A stretch of 64,000 nucleotides of DNA from Arcobacteraceae bacterium (GTDB taxonomy: Bacteria; Campylobacterota; Campylobacteria; Campylobacterales; Arcobacteraceae), in assembly GCA_965224485.1 (NCBI GenBank), contig CBDCZH010000015.1:224001-288000 (forward strand), given 5' to 3'. A program made the position numbers and the translations under genes. A model generated the notes under the pieces. That model was given only the letters and a program-made list of their open reading frames with translations, had not been told where the DNA came from and did not search any database. Below are positions 37,409 to 45,041 of this stretch, one piece after another (the first letter of the stretch is position 1; every line of letters starts with the position of its first letter).

Positions 37409-37879
37409 ATGCCAGAGATAGTTCATAATGGAAACTCTAGTAATATAATTTCTTTTTTTGATAAAATGAACAAGTTATACTTCAGTGAGCGTTCTATTAA
37501 AAAGATAAGTGACCTGTCATCAAATAGCTCTTTTTTCAATACAGAAACTCAAGAATTTAACCTTGAAGTAGCAGAAAAAGAGATTAAAGAATCAGATGAG
37601 TTTTCAAGCATAGAAGATATATTTAAAGCATGGGAAGAGTACCCTGTAAATCAAGTTTCATTTTTAACTCCTCTTTATCATATGGGTTATTTTTTAGTTT
37701 TAGCAGAGATTTCAAATAACAAAAATTTAAAAAATAAACTTAAAAACAGAGCTTCAAGTTTTTTAAGAGCTTACTTTAAATTAGAAGAATATAAAGCTTT
37801 TATTATTTATAAAGTTGATGTAAATATAAAATCGTTAAAATTTTACAGAGCTTATAGCCCAATGGATGTCTTTTATTAA
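37409..37879 (+). CDS. hypothetical protein (possibly C-terminal part of a frameshifted gene starting near 37200/37275)
   Basis: 156-aa ORF whose frame stays open upstream (ESAEKFALIACTTRY). Confidence 0.6.
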   Translation: MPEIVHNGNSSNIISFFDKMNKLYFSERSIKKISDLSSNSSFFNTETQEFNLEVAEKEIKESDEFSSIEDIFKAWEEYPVNQVSFLTPLYHMGYFLVLAEISNNKNLKNKLKNRASSFLRAYFKLEEYKAFIIYKVDVNIKSLKFYRAYSPMDVFY

Positions 37880-38070
37880 TTCATTTTTAAGTGATTTTTC
37901 TGTTTATTTAATTAAATCTAAACAAAAAGTGACTTATGAAAATAAAGATGAAGTAGTATTAAATTTTAAAAATTTAATGAAAGATATTAAACCAAAATCT
38001 CTTAATATTAATGAAGAAATTTTAACTTACTTAAAATAGAATTCATATCAGGCATCAATTAAGATGATAA

Positions 38071-38124
38071 AAGCAACAAAACCTTTCAGCGAACGTAAAG
38101 CGTTGCTGAAGTTAAACGTTTTAC
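38071..38124 (+). repeat. attC-like integron cassette recombination site
   Basis: R'' AAGCAAC-5 bp-L'' CTTTCAGC ... L' GCTGAAG-6 bp-R' GTTTTAC; inner arms AACG/CGTT with extra-helical bases. Confidence 0.7.
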
Positions 38125-38143
38125 TCAGAAAGGAATATATAAT

Positions 38144-38602
38144 ATGAAGCAAATTAAAAAGTTAGCAGAAGATATAAATTATACTGCTATTAACTTAGGA
38201 AACTTAAATGATTTAATGAAATATTCTTTAATTCATCCTGTAAATAAACAGGAAATTGAGGGAAAAGTATTTTTAAAAGAGGCAACAAAATCTACTGGTT
38301 CAGAAGTTTCATTTAATTCCCTTCCTCCTAAATCAGAACAACCTTATTTTCATATACATAATAAAAATGAAGAAACGTATATCATTTTAAAAGGATATGG
38401 ATTTTTTCAAGTTGATGAAAAATGCTTTGATATTAAAGAAGGAAGTGTTGTAAGAGTTGCTCCAAATGGAATAAGAGGTATTCGTAATTCTTCTGAAGAT
38501 ATAATGACATATATAGTCATTCAATCTAAAGAAAATTCATTGGAAGAATACACAACAGGTGATGGAAAAAGAGTTCCATTTGAACCGAAATGGAAAGAGT
38601 AA
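38144..38602 (+). CDS. cupin domain protein
   Basis: PYFHIHNKNEETYIILKG...IKEGSVVRVAP. Confidence 0.9.
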   Translation: MKQIKKLAEDINYTAINLGNLNDLMKYSLIHPVNKQEIEGKVFLKEATKSTGSEVSFNSLPPKSEQPYFHIHNKNEETYIILKGYGFFQVDEKCFDIKEGSVVRVAPNGIRGIRNSSEDIMTYIVIQSKENSLEEYTTGDGKRVPFEPKWKE

Positions 38603-38738
38603 GTATAACAAATACTAGGGGAAGAAGAAGTCTACATCAGCTATTCATTAAAATCCTTATATAGATGGAGATAAATTAGAAGGTATTAGTAAATAATAAA
38701 TATAAAGAAGTTTCCTCTTTTCTCTAAGAAAAGAATCC

Positions 38739-38775
38739 TTGACAAAAAAGTTGCAATGTAGTAGAATGTATCTAC
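38739..38775 (+). promoter_or_regulatory. TA operon promoter with overlapping operator
   Basis: TTGACA-17 bp-TAGAAT; GTAGA-atgta-TCTAC inverted repeat over the -10. Confidence 0.75.
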
Positions 38776-38796
38776 AATAAAATACAAGGTACTAGT

Positions 38797-39024
38797 ATGA
38801 AAAAAGCAATAAATATAAGATTAGATGAATCATTATTATCAGATTTAGATAACTATGCAAGGGAACTAGATAGAACAAGAACATATATTATTGAAAAAGC
38901 TGTTGGAAGTTATTTTGATACCTTAGATGAAATGATTTCAGATCAAAGAATTGATGAAGTTAAAAAAGGAAATGTAGAAGTTTTTTCACTTGAACAAGTG
39001 GCTAAAAAACTTGGACTTGACTAA
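38797..39024 (+). CDS. ribbon-helix-helix antitoxin (RelB/CopG-like)
   Basis: KKAINIRLDESLLSDLD...RTRTYII; acidic C-terminus; coupled to toxin. Confidence 0.85.
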   Translation: MKKAINIRLDESLLSDLDNYARELDRTRTYIIEKAVGSYFDTLDEMISDQRIDEVKKGNVEVFSLEQVAKKLGLD

Positions 39025-39275
39025 TGTATAAAGTTATTATTCCAAAATTTGCTTTAAAAGAATTAGCAAAAATCAATAAAGAAAATCAACAATTAATTGT
39101 TAATAAAATTAAAGATTTGCAAAATGGTATTTTTACAAATGACAAATCTTTAAAAGGTAAACATCAAGGTAAATTTAGAAAAAGAGCTGGAGACTATAGA
39201 GTTATATATTTAAAAGAAAATGATGTATTATTAATTACATTGATTAGAGTAGCCCACAGAAAAGAAGTATATTAA
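39024..39275 (+). CDS. RelE/ParE-family toxin
   Basis: KSLKG...FRKRAGDYRVIY...VAHRKEVY. Confidence 0.9.
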   Translation: MYKVIIPKFALKELAKINKENQQLIVNKIKDLQNGIFTNDKSLKGKHQGKFRKRAGDYRVIYLKENDVLLITLIRVAHRKEVY

Positions 39276-39551
39276 TTATTTATATATAATCACATTTAAA
39301 ATAAAAATTCCTTGGACACAAAGTAAATTATTTACTAAAGTAAAAATAAAAGAAGTTACGTGTAACTCCAAATAACTAACCTAATATAGTTTTGACTTTT
39401 AGAACTCTTACAAAGGTGAACCTTCGCGCTTTTTTCTTTTCTTTATCGAAAGAAACGAAACAAAAGAAGCGACTGCCGGTTGATGAAGGCTTCCAGCTTC
39501 CCTCACTAACATTTTTACTTTTCTGCCCTGTAAAACTTATATAATGAAATT

Positions 39552-39771
39552 ATGTGAATATGATAGTATATTTGCAAAGAGTTTGAAAGATAATATATTG
39601 ATGAAAAACTAAAGCGGTTATAAAAATAACTAGCTTGATAGTGAGTTAAATAGTTATACTTTAAATTTGAGTGGCAACAAGAACGGATAATATCTAGTTC
39701 GAATTTTATAAGTCTAAATTTGGTGTAACACATTATCGAGTAGGAGAAACTCCTACTCTAACGAACTCTTT
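39552..39771 (+). ncRNA. IS110 bridge RNA (predicted)
   Basis: TATAAT at 39540-39545; 5' hairpin; target loop guides TGAAAAACT (39602-39610) and TAGTGAG (39639-39645); donor loop guides GTGGCAAC (39671-39678) and TATAAG (39707-39712); all match the element junctions. Confidence 0.82.
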
Positions 39772-39886
39772 ATATTAATACAAAGGTTCAAGTATGTATT
39801 CTATCGGATTAGATGTAAGTAAGTCAACAATTAATATCTATGTGCCTATTAATGAATTAGATTTAGTAATTACTAATGATTTAAAA

Positions 39887-40999
39887 CGCCAATTCAACTC
39901 TAAAGTGCAACAAATATAGGCAAAATTATGCCACCATCTTTCTTGAAACTTCCTTCAAAAATATCTCATTCGGAGTATAATATTTTAGTATCTTTCTTGG
40001 TCTATTATTTAACCTGTTTTGTATTATAAGTATTTGAGTATTATTTACATTCTCAAAGCTTGATTTTTTAGGAATATATTCTCTCACCAATCCATTTGTA
40101 TGTTCATTTAATCCTCTTTGCCAAGATGAATAAGGATCACAAAAATAAAACTTTATATTTAATTCTTTTGCTATTTCTTTCATGATAAGAAAACTCTTTG
40201 CCATTATCTGATGTAATGGTATGAACTAAATTCCTTATTGGATATAACAACTCTATAATAGCTTGCGTAACTGCACCAGCTTGTTTTGATTCAACTATCC
40301 TCATTAGTGTAAACTTACTCTTTCTATCTACTAATGTAACAATTGCACCTTTATGGTCTTTCCCAATAATAGTATCTACTTCAAAGTCTCCAAATCTAGT
40401 TTTAGTCTCAATTATTTTAGCTCGTTGACTTATATTAACTCTATTCTTTATTTGACCTCTTGTTTTATATTGACTACTTCTATTTCCATACTTTTTGTTC
40501 TTATGTCTTAAATATTTATATAATCTTCCACCACTTATTTGATTTGCATAAATATACCTATATACTGTTTCATAAGATATATTAGCTATTTTATGTAGTT
40601 TTAGTCTTCCTGTTAATTGCTCAGGAGATAATCCTTCTTTTAATAACTTGCCAATCTTTAGTTTTAACTTCTTTGTTATCTTGTGATACCTATCTTTAAA
40701 CTTGTCTCTAGAGACAGCACTTATATGAGCATCCTCAGGACTGTAGTAATCATTGTTACTATTTCTTTTAAGCTCTCTTGATATGGTTGATTTATTAACA
40801 CCTAGTAACTCTGCAATTTTAGATTGTGTATAATTTTCGTTTTTATAAGCAAATATTTGATACCTTAAACCTAAGGTTAATTGTTTATACTTTTCCATTT
40901 AATGCTCCATTTATCCTGCAAGATATTGAGCTTAAATTGTATATCAATCAGCCTTACATCTTACATTACTCTATGTTGCACTTTAAGTGTGAAAAGAGG
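39887..40999 (-). mobile_element. IS30-family insertion sequence, 1113 bp
   Basis: 26-bp imperfect IRs CGCCAATTCAACTCTAAAGTGCAACA / TGTTGCACTTTAAGTGTGAAAAGAGG; 3-bp AAA duplication (39884-39886, 41000-41002). Confidence 0.92.
39926..40898 (-). pseudogene. IS30 DDE transposase, frameshifted as sequenced
   Basis: HTH NKSTISRELKRN; EVDT, TSDNGKEF, WQRGLNE; one extra base near 40178-40180. Confidence 0.9.
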
Positions 41000-42431
41000 A
41001 AATCAATTAAAAGCTTATACTCAAAGTTAAAAAAACTATATAAAAAAGAGTTTGATAAATTAGTTTTTGTATATGAGCCAACAGGTACTTACTCCTTTAC
41101 TTTAACAAAATTTTGTGCAAGTAAAAATATTAATTGTTTTATTGTAAATCCTAAAAAAAGTGCTAACTTTGCAAAAGTAATAGGAAATAGAAACAAAAAT
41201 GATATAGAAGATGCTAGATTGCTCTCACAAATGATTATAACTGCAAGAGAAGAAGAAATAAAGATTCCTATCATTAATGATAATGTTGAAGCAATTAAAG
41301 AAGCTATAACCTGTTATAAACTAATTATTAAGCAACAAACACAAAATAAAAATCATGCATCTTCGTTGAAAGCAAAAAGTGATTCTTCTTATGTACTTAA
41401 AGAATTAGAAATACAATATAAATTCTTAAAAAAACAAGAAGAGCGAATAATTAAAAAGATACTTACTTATCTTTCAAAAGATAAAAAGTTGTATCAATCA
41501 TTTTTAAATATTCAAACAATTGTAGGTATTGGTCAAATATCAGCAATTATATTAATATATCACTTTTTACAATATCCAGATGCAAACCAAAGACAAATAG
41601 TTTCTTTAGCCGGACTTGATCCAATTGAAAAGAGTTCAGGAACTTCAGTACGAGGTAAAACAAGAATATCAAAAGCAGGCTCAAAGATTTGTAGAGGAAC
41701 ACTGTTTATGCCAGTAATGGTAGCAGTACAAAAAAATGAAAAACTAAAAGAGTTTTATGAAAGACTAAAAGGAAATGGTAAACATACCACAGTAGCTCAA
41801 ATAGCAGTTATGAGAAAGATGATAGTAATAGCTCATAGTTTATATAAAAATAACGAAAGGTTCGATGTGAATAAAAGATAAAATTTCTTTTTAAAACAGT
41901 AAATACTTTATTATATTTTAAGGTGGCAACTCACTAAAATGTGCTCCCTGCACATTTTTAAACGTTCACACAGTTTCGGGCGGTTTCCGAAAAGAAAAAA
42001 TATCGTTCGGCTTCCTCAAAGTCAGGACAAGAGCAAGTAATCAAAATGCCCAATATAAAATAAATTTCTAAATATGTATTAAAACTATATCTACGAAGTA
42101 GACAAAAAATCATTCCGTTGATTGCTACATTTGCAGGAGCTAAAGTTTTTTTATTTTCTTGCGTAACCCAGCCATAACTGTGTGAGTGTGAAGAAATATG
42201 CTGGGAGCATATTTTAACGAGTTTTATGGCTAAGCAAGAAAATAAAAAAACTTTAGGTAGTCGAAGACCTCCGAAACGTAGTTGTTTTTGCTTACTTTTT
42301 GTCAATACAAAAGTAAGAAAGCGGGAACTGAAAGTTTACAAGAGCAAAAGCCAGTTAGTTAAAACTATTTAAAAGTATAAACTAATAAATATATTATAGA
42401 TTTTTAAATTAAATCCCTTTTTCTTTTTTTG

Positions 42432-42465
42432 TGACACAAACTGTGACATCTTTTTTGTATACTAT
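42432..42465 (+). promoter_or_regulatory. putative regulated promoter, copy 2
   Basis: TGACACAAACTGTGACA-N11-TACTAT; homologous to 37014-37046. Confidence 0.55.
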
Positions 42466-42671
42466 TATTAATTTAAAATTTGTATTTAGTTTTAGTTTTT
42501 AAATAGACATTAATTTTAAAGAAACTATTGAAAAAGAACAAATATTCAAGATATCACTATTTCTCATTATTATAGGTAAAAAAATGATGTCTATTAATAC
42601 TGTATATTTGTGTTAATAGGGATAAAGTGTCCTACTAATAAGTAGTTATAAATTAAATATAAAGGAAAATT

Positions 42672-43067
42672 ATGGATTTATTATTTAGGCTAAAAAAAGA
42701 TATAAATGCTTTTAAAACTGAAACTCAGGCAAAAGACTTTTTTAAAAATACTATAAAAAGCAGAGACAATAACTATTTTTTTCATACAAAAAAAATAAGA
42801 CAATCACAAAAGGGTGATATCATTTATTTTGCTTTTGAAGGGTACATTATTGCAAAAGCAATTTATGGTGGAAATATAATTATTAATCAAATTAGAGATA
42901 AAGATTTTATTAATGGACATGAATTAAATGATATATTTATTATAGATGGTTCTTTAAAAATAAACTCTAATATAATAAAAGGTAGAGGAATAAAATATAT
43001 TGATGAAAATTCAATTGAAAAAGAAATAGAAAAAGTTCTAACTAGGGCTAAATTTACTAGTCAATAA
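42672..43067 (+). CDS. hypothetical protein
   Basis: 131-aa ORF with AAGGA RBS; KGDIIYF motif weakly suggests an EVE/PUA-like fold. Confidence 0.75.
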   Translation: MDLLFRLKKDINAFKTETQAKDFFKNTIKSRDNNYFFHTKKIRQSQKGDIIYFAFEGYIIAKAIYGGNIIINQIRDKDFINGHELNDIFIIDGSLKINSNIIKGRGIKYIDENSIEKEIEKVLTRAKFTSQ

Positions 43068-43107
43068 GACTTAAATTAAAGGTGCCTGTCCCTATTTTTC
43101 TATTTTT

Positions 43108-43161
43108 ATGCAACAACTATAAGTGACGTAAAGAGAACGTCGCTGAAGTAAAAGGCTATAT
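43108..43161 (+). repeat. degenerate attC-like site
   Basis: ATGCAAC ... AGTGACGT/ACGTCGCT arms, L' GCTGAAG-6 bp-GCTATAT (GTT changed to GCT); right half resembles 38101-38124. Confidence 0.5.
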
Positions 43162-43173
43162 TTTCAGGAGTTT

Positions 43174-43842
43174 GTGTTGAAACATCTAATATTTGAGTCA
43201 TTTTTGAGAGATTTAGAAGCGCATAGAAATGACTCTGTGAAAACAGAACTAGAGCAATATCACGTAGATTGCTATTACACGTTTCGAGCTATAGAAACGT
43301 CACTAAAGAAGCTAAAAGTTGCAGAAGAATGTATAAAACAGTCATATAAATATAGCCCCAATGAGCATGAGGTTGCGGAGTATATTGAATTCCATATCGA
43401 GAACTACTTGATCCGAAGTCGTTCTATTTATGACAGAGTTTTAATATTCACAAACTACCTATGTGATATTCAAATGGCTAAAGAAGTAGTTGCTCACCTT
43501 TCAATTATTACAAACCGAAAAGTTGAAATGGCAGGATTGAAACCTGCATTGAAAAAAATCAACAAAACTTGTGAGTATTATAGAGTTAAAAGGAATGGCG
43601 TTGTTCATCATGATAAGTATTCTGATGTAGAACTAGATTGGTTAGATACGGTGAGTAAAGCAAAATATATTACAAATGGTGAAATTGGTATATCTAATGA
43701 CCTAACTTTACAAAGGATAATTAGTGTAATCGAAAGTCATCTTAAAGAATTTGAGGAAAATACACGATTAATCTCCGAATCAATAAATAGTTTCTTAGAT
43801 TTAGCCGTTCCCATTTATGATAAATATGCACAAAAAATATAA
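43174..43842 (+). CDS. HEPN-domain protein (Cthe_2314-like)
   Basis: HIENYLIRSRSIYDR helix and RNGVVH (Rx4H) motif. Confidence 0.72.
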   Translation: MLKHLIFESFLRDLEAHRNDSVKTELEQYHVDCYYTFRAIETSLKKLKVAEECIKQSYKYSPNEHEVAEYIEFHIENYLIRSRSIYDRVLIFTNYLCDIQMAKEVVAHLSIITNRKVEMAGLKPALKKINKTCEYYRVKRNGVVHHDKYSDVELDWLDTVSKAKYITNGEIGISNDLTLQRIISVIESHLKEFEENTRLISESINSFLDLAVPIYDKYAQKI

Positions 43843-43889
43843 CAACTACTAGCAGCAAACGAAGAGCGGCACTAAGTTCAACGTCATGT
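43837..43889 (+). repeat. degenerate attC-like site
   Basis: R'' ATATAAC overlaps the HEPN stop; CACTAAG-TTCAAC-GTCATGT right end. Confidence 0.5.
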
Positions 43890-43936
43890 CACAATGATAT
43901 TCTACTTAATTAAAAATTTTATATAAGGATTAGCAT

Positions 43937-44956
43937 ATGGGATTATTTAACTTTTGGAAAAGAAGAGAAACAGCTTTAGTTCAAAATAAAAACACTGACC
44001 TTTCAGTTAAGGGGTTAGTTATTCATGAAGATTTAAAAAAGTTAGTTTGGATTGGAGATGGAAAATATAAAAACTATGAACAATCACAAGGAGATGAAAA
44101 TTCATTTGAAGTTGATGGTTTTCGAGTAACAATTTCTTTTCAGAATAAGGAGGAACCAAGTCTAATATATACAAATCAAAAGATAAATAAAATAAAAGAT
44201 TTAACTTCAATTGAAAGGCCATCATATTGGCCAACTTATTCAGAATTAACACCTGAACAAAAATGGGTATATCTTACACTCCTCTCAAACCCATATAACA
44301 GAGCAATAGACATTGCTTTTGTTTTTATCTTATATTATGGCCTAGAGAGACACTTACTTTGTGGAAATTTTGAAGAAGCTATTTATGTTATTTTAAAATT
44401 AAGGGACGTCCATACTAATAAATCATTTCAATCTTATTCTGCTAATGCAGTAGTTCTTTCATGTATGCTACATAAAAGGAGCGACCTTGTTTTAGATTTT
44501 ATAAACTCACTAGATAAAGAACATGAATTATTATTTTCTAATAATTTATTTTTAATCTGTTATTATAGTTTTGATATTCATTTAATGCCAAAAGATGTAA
44601 TGAGGATGGCTTCTACTTTTGAATTTAATAAAAAAAACTATATAAAAAAAAATACAGAATTATTTTTAAAAAGTCTTACTACAGCAATAGAATCAAAATT
44701 AGGAATAAACACGATTGATTTGAAAAAATATTTAATAGCTAGTGAAATAAAAAAAGTTAAACAACAAGAAGTTGGAATATTTGCAAATATATCAATTATA
44801 GATAAATCAATTACAATTCCTCTTCTATCTGACAATTTTAAATTAAAAAGAGAAATGTATAATTTCCTAGAAATAGCTCACGAGGATGTAAAGAAAAAAC
44901 TTGCGGAAATAAGAAAAGTAAAAAAGTCCTATGAATCAAAGAAAGAGCTTAAATAA
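43937..44956 (+). CDS. TerB N-terminal domain (TerB_N) protein
   Basis: PSYWPTYSELTPEQKWVYL...FVFILYYGLERHLL. Confidence 0.78.
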   Translation: MGLFNFWKRRETALVQNKNTDLSVKGLVIHEDLKKLVWIGDGKYKNYEQSQGDENSFEVDGFRVTISFQNKEEPSLIYTNQKINKIKDLTSIERPSYWPTYSELTPEQKWVYLTLLSNPYNRAIDIAFVFILYYGLERHLLCGNFEEAIYVILKLRDVHTNKSFQSYSANAVVLSCMLHKRSDLVLDFINSLDKEHELLFSNNLFLICYYSFDIHLMPKDVMRMASTFEFNKKNYIKKNTELFLKSLTTAIESKLGINTIDLKKYLIASEIKKVKQQEVGIFANISIIDKSITIPLLSDNFKLKREMYNFLEIAHEDVKKKLAEIRKVKKSYESKKELK

Positions 44957-44958
44957 AG

Positions 44959-45027
44959 ACATAACAAAACGAAGAATCCAATATTTGATCCAAGGGTGGG
45001 TAAACATTGCCATCTATAACATTACAT
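44959..45027 (+). repeat. highly degenerate attC-like site
   Basis: R'' ACATAAC just after stop, imperfect CAAT..ATCCA/TGGGT..ATTG arms, decayed R' ATTACAT. Confidence 0.4.
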
Positions 45028-45041
45028 AAACAGGAAAACAA

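Larger units (their letters stand above)
39794..41881 (+). pseudogene. IS110 recombinase (~323 aa reconstructed) interrupted by IS30
   Basis: MYSIGLDVSK...NDLK (39794-39886) joins in frame to SIKSLY...YEPTG...KNDIEDA...SSGTS (41003-41881) once IS30 and the AAA duplication are removed. Confidence 0.92.
39536..41931 (+). mobile_element. IS110-family element (~1.28 kb without the nested IS30), bounded by CT cores
   Basis: Junctions TGTAAAA-CT-TATAT and GTGGCAA-CT-CACTA; long non-coding left end; DEDD recombinase gene. Confidence 0.88.
39386..42368. repeat. non-coding inverted-repeat (REPIN/MITE-like) element, ~590 bp after removing the IS110 insertion
   Basis: Left arm 39386-39537 + 41932-~42030 and right arm ~42100-42368 are diverged inverted copies, each with nested hairpins; boundaries approximate. 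Confidence 0.65.

Noticed and set aside
37395..37410. GCACAAC as an attC R'' box
   Set aside because: No matching arms or R'; better explained as coding sequence of a frameshifted gene.
39502..39509. CTCACTAA, also present at 41930-41937, as an 8-bp target duplication for IS110
   Set aside because: The bridge-RNA guides and the restored repeat sequence place the left junction at the CT at 39536-39537; this copy belongs to the host repeat.
39515..39733. 72-aa minus-strand ORF
   Set aside because: Antisense to the bridge RNA and crosses the IS110 junction; no protein features.
40137..40204. Programmed ribosomal frameshift in the IS transposase
   Set aside because: IS30 transposases are single ORFs; the break is inside the DDE domain, needs +1, and has no slippery heptamer.
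40826..41002. N-terminus of the 351-aa ORF as the IS110 start
   Set aside because: Derived from the IS30 end; the true N-terminus with GLDVSK is at 39794-39886.
41958..42305. 115-aa minus-strand ORF
   Set aside because: Lies entirely within the palindromic non-coding element.
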